From Microthyrium microscopicum (Eukaryota), in NCBI GenBank assembly GCA_010405405.1, contig MU004233.1, positions 1,439,122 to 1,503,121 of the forward strand: a stretch of DNA of 64,000 nucleotides. Direction: 5' to 3'. The notes beneath the pieces are model-generated. The model saw only the letters and a program-made list of their open reading frames with translations, made no database searches and had not been told where the DNA came from. Both the position numbers and the translations under genes were made by a program. Shown one piece after another: positions 12,299 to 25,916 of this stretch. Position 1 is the first letter of the stretch; every line of letters begins with the position of its first letter.

Positions 12299-14838
12299 GT
12301 TGATTTCAGTGTGGGATCCGAAGAGATTTTGGAAGGGAGTTTGGATTGGTGGAGGCAGACGTGATAGAGTATTGAAGGTTGACAGATATGAAAGAAATGA
12401 GTGACTATAGTTGGATTTGTGATTGATTGAATAGGGTTGATTGATGGTGAGAGGTGTTTTGGAGAGAGTCAAGTATGCATTTCTAGAAAAGTCTTTATCG
12501 TACAAAAGAAAAAGTAAATACTATTGCGGTTTTCTAGAATAATGTCAGGCCTTGGCCCATTTTGATAGAAGCCATCGTTAAGGAGAGACTAATTGCTATT
12601 GGAGGATAGGGGTGTGGCGGAAGCTTTGATGCTTGACACTGCTCAGCAAGATGATCGAACTGAGATTGACGCATATCAGAGCAGGCATGAGATATACTTA
12701 AGTCTCAACCAAAATACCAGTGTATGAAAGATAACGAGTTGATATCATGTCGCCGTTGCAGCTTTAAAGGAGCCTGCAAGTTTAACGTTTATTGATTTCA
12801 AGAATCATCCAGGATCGTGCATATCAAGAAATGGTAGGGGGTCCAAAGGCGCAGATTAGGCGATCTTCAAGTTAGTTCGCATCTAAAGGTAGCACAATAA
12901 GAAATTGCCCATTTAATCACGGCTACCTAATTTGCACTGTATTCTACAAGTAGGTAGAAGTCCAACCTCGCACCAACGGTTTCTAGGTCACAATAGTAGT
13001 AGGGGCGAGATTAGAGGCGCTTATTAAAAAGGGATGCGAAAGTACAAGGTAGAAAAGTGTGCCTGGATTGTGGTACCTGACTTGCAATCAGTCGATCAAT
13101 CCCACCAAATCCAGGGCGCCAACCAGGAAGGCATAAAGTAATTTAAGCTTTCAATAATCAATCAAAAGGCGAAAAAATTGAAACAACAGCCTCTAAGAAA
13201 TGCAGGAAGTTTGACATTATGGAGGGTGCAGATGACCAGTTTTCGGATTTACCGCGAACTAGCGGATCAATTAGCGTAGTTTTTGCCTACTTCGTCTTGG
13301 GATTTGTTGAAGAAGTGACAAGAAGTGACAAGGTCTGAAGAAGAAGCTTTGCCATTCTTAGGATCAAGATGGTGGCCCTCGTGCCGTACCTGGCACGCCT
13401 GGCTACCTGGCCGTCAACTGGTTCCTGGAAATAGTGAACACGATATCGGCATGCATCGGATGATAACCAGTGCGTTGTTACACGAGAGGTTCATGCAGGT
13501 TTGTGAGCTGATTATTGGATGAACCGGCAACAAGGACTTCAAAGAGGTCTTGAAGAGCCCCATGGGCTGCAGGTCCATGACTAAGGTTTGCTTGATGATA
13601 GGAAGGATCAGGAAGCGGGACGATCATACATTGGCCGCGGTCTGGGTTGGAGAAGGTGTTGCGAACTGGCGTGTAATTGAGCACCGAGCGCAAGGCCGAG
13701 ACAAGCGCTGATAAAGGCGAAGAAGAATCGAGAAGGCAACAAGTCGGTAGCAGGGCGCATGAAACAAGATTGGCCATGAGACGAAGCCAGGACGTGGGCA
13801 AAACGGTATGAAAGTGCAGGTTGATCCAATGAAACTGTCGGGATGCACATTCTTTGGGAGAAATTGGTTGGTACTCGAAGTTCGAACAACGCAATTCGCC
13901 CCGTAGTGAACACAAAGGGTCAAGGTGCTGCAGGTGCAAAGCGCAAGAAGTACAAACATGACTTTGGTGGCATCTTCAATCTTAAAGGTTGGAATCGTGA
14001 TTTCCTGTATCGGTTTGGACAAACGCCCGCAGAAAGAAAGAAATCTCCACACATGACACATCTCACAATGATTGAGCCACATATGGCGATGCCCCTGTTG
14101 ACATGTGTGGACAGAGATAGACTAAGCCCGGGTGGTGATAGTGTAGAGAGGGATAGCCATTATTAGCACAAATTCAGCGAAAGGGTGGAGTTTAAAGGTT
14201 GAACTGACAGCGACAAGTCTGAGCAGCCCAGCAAGAAAGCCGCCCAGCCAAAGGCCTGCAACCCAACAACCAAGCCGGCAGCCCTCTTTGAATCTCTGCC
14301 ACTCTGGGTCTCTTGACTGCAAAGTGCAGGCAACCCCTTTGCTTCTTTACTTCCACAATTCACGCCCTCTTGTTGCTGCATCCCTCCTCCATCAGCCGCC
14401 GCTTGTTGCTTGTTGGGTCTCACTGTGACAGAATTCTTTGTCTATCTTCTTCACTGCTGTCAATTGTTGCTCCTTCATATTTCTCTATCAGCTTTGAGTG
14501 GGCTAGAAATACTTTCTTGCGCTACCTTTACGCTGCATTGCTCTTTCCCAATTCCACCATTGTACCTGTCGCGCTCCTGAATTAATAGCCTACCCACCCG
14601 CTCCTGCCTGTTTCCGTCCCGCTTGGGCTGCGACTGCCCAGTGCCGTCGCGCGCTCAGCTCTCATTCCCCAATTTCAATACCACCACCCTCTCAACTTCA
14701 TACAACTCCTTCCTCCTTCCACGTCGCCAATTACTCCTGCTCGTCTTTGTTGTCAGATCAGAACACTATCTCGTGGAATACCTCCTCTACAGTCTGGTAC
14801 ATCTCCACGTCTGATCAAAAGCAGCCGCCAGCTCCTAG

Positions 14839-17442
14839 ATGGCTACAACAATGCTACAAGCCCCCTCCCGAGCCTCAACTTCATCATCCTCTTCCTTCGT
14901 TCCCGTCAGTCGCCAGAACACCATGTCTTCCCACGATGGAACCCGCTCTATGCGCCAATCAAAGCGCTATTCCGTAACTGCTCTCTATCTTTCCATGTCC
15001 GCTAAGGAAAAGGACCTGGAAATCGAGGACGACTTGGCCAAAGGTACTATCCCGCTTCTCAGGTATTCTGTGACTTGGCGCTGACCACTTTGTAATTGAT
15101 AGCTCAGAAAATCCTCCGCGAACTCAAATCCAAAATCTCCTCCCAATCGAAGAAGAATTTCGTCCTGGAAAAGGATGTGCGATATCTAGACTCGCGAATT
15201 GCTCTATTGATTCAAAATCGCATGGCCCTCGAAGAGGTGTGTTATTGACAGCTACCCCTCAACCTATATGATACAGTACTAACATATACCCCAGCGAGAA
15301 GAAGTCGCCAGCCATCTCGAGGATGCCAGTGACATTCAAGAAGGTGCTTTTCCCAACGACGAGAAGACTCAAAAATACGGCAATCTCCTCTTCCTCCTTC
15401 AATCCGAACCCCGTCACATTGCGCATCTATGTCGCCTAGTCTCCATGGCCGAGATCGATTCTCTACTCCAAACCGTCATGTTCACAATTTACGGCAACCA
15501 ATATGAGAGCAGAGAAGAGCATCTGCTTCTTACCATGTTTCAGGTACCTATATTACCACTTATATTGTAGAGTTGACGCTAAGATGATCCTGCAGTCCGT
15601 CCTTACTTTTCAGTTTGATAATACTCCCGAATATTCGTCTTTGTTGCGGGCAAATACCCCTGTCTCCCGAATGATGACCACTTATACACGTCGAGGACCT
15701 GGTCAAAGTTATCTCAAGGTTGTGCTTCAAGAGCGCATCAACCATGTTGTTCAGATGAAAGACCTCGATCTGGAAATCAACCCCCTGAAGGTTTACGAGA
15801 AAATGGTCAAGGATTATGAGACCGTCCACGGAGAGCTACCTGCCAACATGCCACGGAGTGTTACCGCTGAAGAAGCTGCACAAAATCGATCAGTTCAAAT
15901 AGTGATTGAACCAAGATTGAATGCATTGATGGATATTGGTAATTTATTCTTGGATACCATTATCGCTGGACTGGAAGAGGTGCCATATGGCATTCGATGG
16001 ATCTGCAAACAGATTCGTAGCTTGTCAAGGCGAAAGTACCCAGATGCCCAGGATCAGACAATTTGCACACTTATTGGTGGCTTCTTCTTTCTTCGTTTCA
16101 TCAATCCTGCCATTGTTACACCTCGATCTTACATGCTCATCGAGGACCTCCCTGGTGACAATCCTCGAAGAACCTTGACCTATGTACGTTGATCATTTCA
16201 TTTTATTTCAAAGCTAACATTCGGATCAGATCGCGAAAATGTTGCAAAATCTCGCCAACAAACCCTCGTACGCCAAGGAGCCGTACATGGTCAAGTTGCA
16301 ACCCTTTATTCATATGAACAAGGATCGGATTAACAAGTTCATGCTTGATTTGTGCGAGGTCCAGGATTTCTACGAAAGCCTAGAAATGGATAATTACGTC
16401 GCACTATCAAAGCGTGATCTGGATCTTTCAATCACTCTCAACGAAATTTATGGCATGCATACGCTCTTGGAAAAACACAACAATGAGCTCTCAAGGGTTG
16501 ATAGCGGCCATCTCGCAGTGTTGTTGCACGAACTCGGGCCTGCGCCTGCTCAATTGCCACGGAAGGAAAATAGGGCGGTCACTCTACCACTTTTCAGCAA
16601 ATGGGAATCCCAATTGGATGATCTCACAGCCGCGCTGGATATCACCCAAGATGAAATCTTTTTCATGGAAGCCAAATCAACATTTGTGGTGATCATTCGA
16701 TCATTACCTCCCAACACATCGGTTACAAGACGACCCTTGCGGTTGGACAGGATAGCTGAAGCTGCGGCGACAACCAAGAATGATAGCGTTATGGTTAAGA
16801 AGGGTATCCGTTCACTGGAATTGCTTCACCAACTTCAAGACATGGGAGTCATTGACAAAGATGATGGCTATGCCACACTTCGAGATGAGATTGAGCAGGA
16901 ACTTGTTCATCTTGGATCCATGCGAGAAAAGGTACTCGAAGAAACTGGAAAGCTCAATGAGGTTTTCAGCACCATTCGTGATCACAATCAATACCTTGTG
17001 AGCCAACTGGAGACTTATAAGTCATATCTTCACAATGTGCGGAGTCAAGCAGAAGGCAAAAGCCGAAAGCAACAAAAACATCAAGTTTTGGGACCGTATA
17101 AGTTCACGCATGCCCAACTTGAACGCGAAGGAGTCATTCAAAAGAGCAATGTTCCCGAAAACAGGAGAGCCAACATCTTCTTCAACTTTACCAGTCCGCT
17201 ACCTGGTACCTTTGTCATTTCTCTTCACTACAAGGGTAAGTTTTCATCAAACTTGCTCACACATGTCTAACCATAAAATAGGCCGAAACCGAGGTTTACT
17301 TGAACTCGACCTCAAACTCGACGACTTGCTTGAAATGCAAAAAGACAACCAAGAAGACCTGGATCTGGAATACGTTCAATTCAACGTCACCAAAGTTCTC
17401 AATCTCCTGAACCGCCGATTTGCCCGTAAGAAAGGATGGTGA
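14839..17442 (+). CDS. Ras GTPase-activating protein with RasGAP and RasGAP_C domains (S. pombe gap1/Aspergillus GapA type), multi-exon
   Basis: [31 protein letters not shown] (RasGAP FLR motif), [10 protein letters not shown]-terminal [26 protein letters not shown]; canonical introns. Confidence 0.92.
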
Positions 17443-18544
17443 GCAAAAAATATCATTCCTCAAAACACACATCCTCATAATATTATTACTCATCATAATT
17501 AACCGGGCAAATCCGAGCACACATGGAGCGTTTGATTTTAACTTGATTGAATAATAGGCCCGAACCAGAAAGACGACCTTCTCGTATGTCATCATTTCTC
17601 CGGAGGAAGTTGACTATTCTCCAACAGCATCGAAGACGGAAATCCTTGATTGTTTTCGGTGGCGATGGCTAACTTCTGGCCCAATACAGGACGAGCGTCG
17701 TTGTTTTCTTCATTGCCCAATCTGGCTGTCTGGCGGCATTTTTCTCGATTCAGTTCCGGCGACAGGTCTTTGGTTTCATGATACCTCATTGGATTGATTT
17801 TTTTGCGATTTTATACGGACCCATAGCAAGCAACCGCCATAAAGCATGGCATTATCAGTCATTTTCGACATTAACTTCGTTGTAATACTCAGCTGCAACA
17901 AGTCATTTGCAAGCTGCTTTTCTATCTTCAGTTTTCAGTGTTTTTTTCTGGATGGCGACATTTTGACCTGCCGGACAGGTTCTTTATGAATGATCAGTCA
18001 TCAAAAGCTTTGCGCATACTTGTCTGATTTGATCAGGCCGGTGAGATATAGAGGCACAATACCCTGCAGAAGCCTAGCAATGCTATCAAGACCAAACCTT
18101 CTATCTTTTTCTTTTTATTCTCTTACCCCAAAGGAGCGGCCTTGACGACAAGTTTTTGACACGATATTCTCCTTTGGCGGCATAAACATTTTTATTTGGG
18201 AGATGAATCTCTCAAACGACTTGGAGCGCCTTGTTCTTCCGAGTCTTCTTTTGTTTTGAACCCTTTTATCTCTTCGACTACCTTGGACAACATCTTGGGC
18301 CCCTTTCTTTCATCTTGACCTACTACTTCTCAAACTGGGCTGGTGGAAACATGGGAGATGGAATTGAACGACTGTGACGTATTTGAGTGAGATGATGGAT
18401 TATGGAATGGGAAAGAGTAAGATAAGGCTAGGATACTCTATTGTATGAAAGCAAGTAATGTCATTGGTATTAACAACCCATCAAACTCAATCCTCTCTCC
18501 TCCTGATATCTATATCTACACTTCTTACCAACAGCCTTAACATC

Positions 18545-19381
18545 TTACAAGTCGTGTGTCGCATCAATCTCTGTGCTAGACTCATCGTACACTGTATTCC
18601 ACTCCAATTGTCCCCACTTGTCCGGCTGCTCCACTGCCTCTACCCAGTACTTCATCGCCAGCACACATTGCGCCGCCCATCTCTCCTCACTAACCCTCCC
18701 CACCCCCGTCGCCAACGGCGTCATCAATATCGAATCTATTCTCTCCCCTTCCCTCGCCTGCCGATTATGCACATCAATTGCACATAGCAACGCCCACACA
18801 CACTCAAACACCACCTCTCGATCCCACAGCACGCGTCTGGGCACACGCATCGTTGGACACAGTGCAATATATTTACATTCATGTTTATGACCCGATCCAT
18901 CCTCCTGCTGACCTACGCCATCTCTCTCAACATCGACTTCAACCACGCCAGCTCGTCCCCCATCATCTGAGCTGTTCTCGGCTCTTTTGAGATCCCACCA
19001 CTCTGCATCCCGTCTCACATCAACGACCGTACAACTCCCCGGCGGCGCATAACCCCTCCAAGTCTCATACAGCCTTGATTGCACTTTGCGCGTTGTCCAG
19101 CCGTAGCCTGCGCGTGGGTTGGGGCTGAGGAGGATGGAGATTGCGTCGTCAAAGGCGCCGTCCATGAATCCGTAAGAGTTGGCGGGGGAGACGATTGCGT
19201 CGTATGTTACGGTAGCCGGGAGGCGCGCGAGGGAGGAGGTGTGGACGGTGATGTTGGTTTTGGAGTTGAGTGCTGGGTAATACTTTTTGATGGCGGATTT
19301 GAAGGCGGTGGCGTTGGAAGCGAAGCGAGTTAGAAGGTGAATTCTTGGGAGGGTTGTTGCAGAGGTGGATGAAGATGACAT
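18545..19381 (-). CDS. Macro-domain protein (ADP-ribose-binding/processing family)
   Basis: DAIVSPANSYGFMDGAFDDAIS macro motif, CPTMRVP and TPLATGVG glycine loop. Confidence 0.85.
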   Translation of the reverse strand: MSSSSTSATTLPRIHLLTRFASNATAFKSAIKKYYPALNSKTNITVHTSSLARLPATVTYDAIVSPANSYGFMDGAFDDAISILLSPNPRAGYGWTTRKVQSRLYETWRGYAPPGSCTVVDVRRDAEWWDLKRAENSSDDGGRAGVVEVDVERDGVGQQEDGSGHKHECKYIALCPTMRVPRRVLWDREVVFECVWALLCAIDVHNRQAREGERIDSILMTPLATGVGRVSEERWAAQCVLAMKYWVEAVEQPDKWGQLEWNTVYDESSTEIDATHDL

Positions 19382-19853
19382 TTTTGTGGTGGTAGTGGTG
19401 GTGAAGATTTTGGGAGTTGTGGTGTATGAAGGAGATTGTATGCTGTGTGTTTACCCAACAGAAGGAAGCGAGGTTGATGTGGTTTTATATGTGAATTTGC
19501 ACTAATATAATGCATAAACTGGCCTTGTGCATAAAAGCTGTGGCCTATCACCTACGGTTGTATAAAAGCTGTAGCCTGCGGGTTGTTTGGTGGAGATGGT
19601 TGGTCGAATCATCTTCAAATTCAAAGGTGTGGAGGATAAATCTGCAGCCTAATGCAGGATACCTACTCATACTCTGTACGTACCCTGTCGTATTTAGAAC
19701 TTGATGTACTTAGAACTTGATGTACTCAGGTAGGTATATGAATGACTGATTATTTTCGTTACTTGAAGTCAAGAATTACTCAGTGTGAGGTCGCATCAAT
19801 CCATTTCGCCTAATAGCGAATGCCTTAGCAGCTATTCCCTCTAAATTTCCCAA

Positions 19854-21643
19854 CTATCCGTCCACAATACGGCCCGTTGGAGTTGTTGTGGTCACTCCAG
19901 TCCTTACCCTCTCTCCCTCATTCACCATGAACTCCTCAAAGTCATGCTCATCGACGTCCGAATCCACCCCAGCCAACTCCACGTCCGTATCGTGTTCTCC
20001 CAACGGTGAGACTTCAAAGTTATTCGCATTAGCAGAACGAGTAGCATCACTACCACGCCAGCGATCGTTATGTTCCTGCGTTTCCATCTCGATCTGTGAC
20101 TTTTGGCTCTTGCTCGACTGATTTGTATGCAAAGTCGACCGGTTTGCCGTCGAAAGATTGTTGTTCGTTGAAGATGCTGACATGTGCGATCGAAATGCAG
20201 ACCAGCGGAAGTGACTGGTAAGTGGATCGAGTTTGCTGCCCGTTTTTCTGAGAAAGTCGACGAAAAGAGGACGCGAGGTGGTGATGCTGGATCCGATAAT
20301 GTACGCTGCCATCTCACCAGTCGTGCTGCTGACATAAGCCTCTTCGCGGAGAGCTGTGCGATAAGTACAGGTTAGTGGATTAAGGAAGTGAAAGTGGACA
20401 GAGTTGTAGTGCTTACAGGTGCCTTGGTTGCCCCCTTCGGTACTACCCACTATGTAGTATATCTTCAATGCCGAGCATACGCATCCCCTAGATATCGCTG
20501 TTAGCTTTGGGCTCCCGTTTTGTTTTGCGGTTTATCTTACATGGTTGAGAAGCAGAGAAAGATGATCACTGTTGCCTTTTGTTTCCGATCTAGTGTTGTT
20601 TGCATGAGCATTGGAATGGGAAGAATGGACAATGCAACATCGATAGCTAACGTTGAGTCTGGTGCGACGGAGGATGTCTTGTTAGAAGCATTTTGTGTAA
20701 AGAATTGGACTGGCTTACAGCTTGGAAGGTAGATGATCTGCCAAACGAACACCTGGAGACTTATTTTTGGGCTTCCTTTACAACTTTCATAGAATATTAA
20801 ATCTGTTCTTAATTAGCGCTTTGATCCAATGCTGTTTTCTGTGATGTGACAAATCTTAATTTTGTCAACAGAGAGACAACGAACCTATTGCATTATGTGG
20901 AGAACCGCATGTTATCAAGCAGAACACAATAGCGTTTAGATTGACTAATGTCGAGAAAATCATTGCAACATAAACCACGAAACGGGCACCTTTCTTGTTC
21001 AATACCTTGATATCACATATTAGTATTTATGTATGTGGGAGTAGCAAGATTGACAGTTCAGTCTTACCCTGAGAAAAAATGACCCTATCGAAAGTTTCAA
21101 CAACAGATTTGTGACGAATATCAACATGGTAGAGGTGATGTAGAGCTAAAAGATGTGTCTCAGTATCAGCTCTTATGAAATGGGATATCTTACATCTGGG
21201 ACTTGCTTGAAATGTTGTAGTATTCGACCGGAGAGTAGCCAATATCCAAATGGAAGGAAACAGCCGCATAGTGCAGTGAATGTAAGCTTTTGAAAAAAGT
21301 CAGTAAAGTAGATATCAGCCTGATAGCACACAGAATGACTTACCAATGCAGCTGCCATAAAATAGTCTTCTACAATGAAGTTAGAAAGAACTAGAGTCTA
21401 GTTTGCATGACTGAATTTCATAGTCAAAGAGCAATTTTGGCAGGAATACGTACCCATTGCGGAGACCCTCTTCAAATATCTTATCTTGACATATACTCGT
21501 ACCATGAAGAAGAGCCATGAGAAGATTAACAATATCAGAATTACCTTTGGAGTGATATAGTCAAACAATTTTGTAGGTTGAGGAGTAAAGGTAAGCCCAA
21601 CAGTGGTTGATCCAAAGGTGGCCGAATAGGCGCGTCGATTCAT
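19854..21643 (-). CDS. PTH11-like / fungal rhodopsin-domain integral membrane protein, many small exons (boundaries approximate)
   Basis: Exon translations FFMVRVYVK, LLLKLSIGSFFLR, CLITCGSP, IDVALSILPIPMLMQTTLDRKQKATVIIFL, IIGSSITTSRPLF followed by a polar cytoplasmic tail. Confidence 0.72.
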
Positions 21644-22643
21644 CTTGAGAGCAAACGATACTTGCGCGATAGATATACTTGTGAAGTGTTTTTCTACGTA
21701 TTCGGTGTGTAGATATCTCACTTGATGAGCGTGGTGTTGTACGGGGTAGTGGAAGAAGTAGTAAAGAAGCATCTTCGCTAGGAGAATGTTAATGGTAAGC
21801 TTCAATGCCGTTTAGCCTTCCCCTGAATCGGTACCAGACTTTGATTCCCCTTCGCAGCAGTCCAATGGAAGCTTCAAATGAGTGGATAGGGGCTAGATTT
21901 CTCAGGTTGGTGAGCTTCGAAGCTTCTCCGCAACTTTGAGTAATCAACAACACCATATTCTCGACTACGGTATCCAGTACCATACTTGTGTTTTAAACTT
22001 CAACTTCAAATTCCCAACAAACCTCTTCTAGCCAGCAACGCAAGCTGTAGACCAGCACAATACAACAAAAGTATGCTTTGAACTGTTAATATTCCAAGTC
22101 TTACAACAAGCTATTTGGAGATTTCTGGGACATTATTGCCCATTAGCCCCATCTTCCCAGTTCTTGACGATCAATCTCCGAGTTATTACTTGTTTTCTGC
22201 AGAACTCAGCTTCGATGTACTCTACCTTGTCAATATCGCAGTGAGTGCTTTGTTGTTTCAGCCTTGCGATGCGTCATAACCTTATGACCGGCATTGACCG
22301 AGGTGGCTTTGTTGAAGTGTTCTAATTGGTTGCCAGTCATCCGCCTCCAAAGATGCCTTGACAACTCATCCAACTTCAACTCCCATCGTCTACTTCTACA
22401 ACACCATATCTAAATCTTATACTTTGTTTTTCGACTCATTCTGCTGCCAGCTCATGTACTTGACACTTCTGCATTAATACCACGAAAGCCCACTTTCAAT
22501 CCACTCTACTGCCTCGCTGAACTAACAGAACACCACAATTACCCCTCAGCCTCGGCCGGCCTCACCCATTGAACGTCCCGATAAGCTCCCATAACAGCTT
22601 CACCAGTCCATCAAGATTGCTTGAAACTCTATCACAAGTGACC

Positions 22644-23137
22644 ATGTCCAACTCTATTACAATTCCGTCCTCGTTCCGAAAACCATCTTCTCCTACCACG
22701 CCTTCGTCTTTTGCTAGCTCCAACCTCAGCCCCTCGTCATATACGCCCTCTGAGTCCCGTCTGTCCAAAGAAGCCAAGGGCAAAGGCAAGCAAGATGCTG
22801 CTCTAGAGGAGCGTGAGCGTTGGGCTTCAAGCCCGTTCCGACGGCGGCAAAGTCTTATGGGCAAGGAGTTGGAGCGGAGTGAGCATATAGTTGTTGATGT
22901 GGGCAGCCCGGAAGCCCCGCAGCTGGTGAGTTGATAATCTCACGGTATTGGGACAAAAGCTAATCAGATGTCTAGATCTCGTGCGTGAAGAGCTCACAGG
23001 GCTTTGACTGGAACCGCTCCATTTTCCTACCACGATATTTGACCGGTGACGATGGCGGGTTGGAGCATCGACAGGAACCCATTGAGGATGTGGTAGTGAC
23101 TGATGAAGAAGCCCAAAAGTGGCTGCCACAGTGGTAG
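22644..23137 (+). CDS. Small conserved-looking fungal hypothetical protein (2 exons)
   Basis: Ser-rich start, RRRQSLM, then intron GTGAGT..CTAATC..TAG (~22926-22975) joining in frame to ISCVKSSQGFDWNRSIFLP...EEAQKWLPQW-stop. Confidence 0.7.
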
Positions 23138-23255
23138 TTGCTTTGCAGGACGGTGTTTGGGAAACGCCGGGTTTGCTCTTGCGTAGTGTACGCTTAGCCA
23201 GCCTGGCTGTATGATATTTCTTTGATGCATTACGATGAACGGTGAATTATTTTGC

Positions 23256-23354
23256 TCGGATCAAGCTTGGATGGCGTTGGGTTCATGGTCGGATCAAGCT
23301 TGGATGGCGTTGGGTTCATGGTCGGATCAAGCTTGGATGGCGTTGGGTTCATGG
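23256..23354. repeat. Perfect minisatellite, 33 bp x 3 (tcggatcaagcttggatggcgttgggttcatgg)
   Basis: Three identical consecutive copies read directly from the sequence. Confidence 0.95.
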
Positions 23355-24333
23355 ATCACGGAAGGAGCATGTTCCTTAGATGGCTCTGATATACGCTCTC
23401 ACAGGCTCGGTTTGCTTTTTCGGTTTGTTTGAGAATATCACATACTTCGCTCTTACTCGTGCTCATGCTCGTGCTCATGCAGTCATGGGGCACGTACTGT
23501 AGACAAAAAGTGCTGCTTTGCCAATGACGATGGACTGTGAAGGAGAGAATCAAGATAATTGCTGCTCCTTTCCAATGTCTTGTCTCATCAATGACGCTAC
23601 ACATCGAGAACTATCTTTCTTGCCCTTTAACTATTCTTAGCATCGATAGCCCGTTGAATTCTTCCCTACCCGATGCAAAGGAGAGCACTCAACTAACTAT
23701 CGTAGCTATTGGTAGCTTTCATACTCGATTGAAATTCTTAGTTTACTTCGTTCAACAGTTGGCAATGGTGAACGGGCCGTGAAATCAAGCCATGCAAACC
23801 CGAAGCCTGAGCGTCGTTCGTATATCAAACCAGAATGATGTGGCCATCTCTCGTTTACAATGCAATCACATTGAACAACATGGGTTATAAAATAGTGTTA
23901 CAGGATGCTGGTTCTTCTGAATATCAGAAACCACAAACTTCCACAGCAGCAATCCGATCTGGCATCATTCCAACTATCAACTATCATATCGTCTAACTAA
24001 TTTAGACTGAAGGTCCGTACTCCATCTGCTCTTCCATGAATCTTGCTACAGACTAGCTTGCTTCGGTGGACTGCAATACTTCCCATACACTTTGATATCT
24101 CTCCTCTTTCTAGATCAAGAGGCTGTACTCTGCTTCACATCAGAGCAGATGATAGACAGCGAGGTTCATGGGGGCACTTCGCTTACGCTGTCTATGCGCT
24201 GATTGACTGTAATTTGAGTACGACAAACTAATATTACAGCAGACAATCCGTTTAAAATCCTCACATCAACCCAGCTTTACCCCATAGTACCCTCACTCAA
24301 GTTTCGCTTCAAAGCCCAAATCCAGCCGAAAAG

Positions 24334-24540
24334 ATGGCTGCCGATCCGCCAGAGATACCTGAGGAAGTCCTAGAATTCATCAAGGAAAATGAAGCCACTT
24401 TGACACCTAGTGAAATAATTTTCGATATGATGATGAAGTATGGCATGAAATACGATCTCCGTTTCATCACAGAGGAACGACTTGCGCAAGAAATCAAATT
24501 GATCCGCGAAAATCCAAGTAGAGCAGGAATGAGTACTTGA
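24334..24540 (+). CDS. Small hypothetical protein (68 aa), distant paralog of 25611-25916
   Basis: ATG in aaagATGG context; ungapped 53-aa similarity to the downstream small ORF. Confidence 0.6.
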   Translation: MAADPPEIPEEVLEFIKENEATLTPSEIIFDMMMKYGMKYDLRFITEERLAQEIKLIRENPSRAGMST

Positions 24541-25610
24541 AGAATAGGTACGAATAAGCAATGTCGATATTCATGCGAAAACTAACAGCTAATGGCAAGC
24601 CAGGTACCTCAAAGATATCGTGTTGATTGTCCGCATAGAGAGAAGGGTATTGGTATCGTCTCGTTGATCGAGAGACCAAATTTGTTGTTGCTAGGAAAGT
24701 TTTTAGTTTGACATTTACCTTTGTTTACAGCGAGGAGTTCTACGGGGTCATCTTACATCTGCCTGAGTTTGATGGTGGATGTTACACTGGCATGATAGAT
24801 GCAATTCTGATACCCAGTTATCTATGATTTTACAATGTTTACTGGTAGTTATAAACTGGTGATGGTGAGAAATGAACATGCCGTTTCTTTAATTCCTTCC
24901 TGTTATTTTGGCAATGATATCCAGGAACCGTGCAGTAGCTCTCGTTCAACGATTATGACATCGTTGATAAACATGGCAATCATCACTGAGAGTCTGCCAC
25001 TTGTTGTCCATACGCTGGGAACAGCACTCATGCTTTGGACTGAGTTTACCGCCAGGCTAGCATGGGCTTTGGCGGTATTCTAATGTGGTACTGGCTCTAT
25101 ATCATGGATCGTCACTGGCAGTGTATACCTGATATGTTGTCATGATAATCTCGTCATGTCTTCAGCCGGCTTAGACTTTCCAAATTCTGGGAGAATTCGG
25201 GAAAGTGCTTTCAACATAATGCAGAGGTTCTTTCCTTATATATAGACGGTACCCTCTGGGCATGAACCGAATCCTCCGTTGCCCGATACATTATGTCAAC
25301 AACATCAAGCATCGTTACCAAATCATCATGTCAGAAGACTTAAAACCATTGCACTACTTTACTCTTAGCGCCTTAGTAGTCGTAAATACGCACCGTAGGC
25401 CTTCGGTGCCCTTCATCCTCAGCAGATCAATAAAAGCCTACAGACAACCGATCCCAACTGGTAAATTGTCCATCAACCTGGTTTTTGTCACCCCAATGAA
25501 AAAGAACTGATATGCTCCAAGGCATTAACCAACCAACTTCCAACTCCTCAACCACAAACGGTCACTCGAACGGTCACACGAACGGGCACACGAACGGTCA
25601 CACTTCAAGG

Positions 25611-25916
25611 ATGGCAACGCAAAGCCGAATCATACCTGACGGGGCCAAGAAGATCATTGAAAAATGGTACAAAACGAATATCCCCGAGGGAATTATTGGT
25701 TTCGTCTTGACCGAGTATCCTGAACTCACTTGGCTCGCTGAAGGGGAATGTCATTGGATCAAGAAGGAGATGAAAGTGCTGCGAGAAAGAGACGATGCCG
25801 AAGCAGCGCTTCTGGCGGAAGCTGACAAGGAAAATGAAGCCGAGAAGGGAAATCAAGCTGACAAGCAAGATCAAGCTGACATGGAAAATCAAGCTGACAA
25901 GGAAAAGGAATCTTGA
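25611..25916 (+). CDS. Small hypothetical protein (101 aa; may start at 25512) with C-terminal 6-aa repeats
   Basis: MATQSRIIPDGAKKIIEKWYKT...; five 18-bp units at 25821-25910 encode ADKENE/AEKGNQ/ADKQDQ/ADMENQ/ADKEKE; four 12-bp NGH[ST]-encoding units lie just upstream. Confidence 0.6.
   Translation: MATQSRIIPDGAKKIIEKWYKTNIPEGIIGFVLTEYPELTWLAEGECHWIKKEMKVLRERDDAEAALLAEADKENEAEKGNQADKQDQADMENQADKEKES

Noticed and set aside
13325..14814. Several overlapping 60-150 aa ORFs upstream of the RasGAP gene
   Set aside because: No motifs, ORFs on both strands, and a pyrimidine-rich leader character near 14300-14800; most likely promoter/5' UTR
19694..19726. 16-bp direct duplication (ttagaacttgatgtac x2); similar short duplications near 13310 and 58141
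   Set aside because: Simple slippage duplications with no associated terminal repeats or transposase
23235..23432. ORF with repeated SDQAWMALGSW; possible CRISPR-like array or peptide precursor
   Set aside because: A by-product of the perfect 33-bp minisatellite: no spacers, no signal peptide, no dibasic sites and no synonymous variation; eukaryotic context
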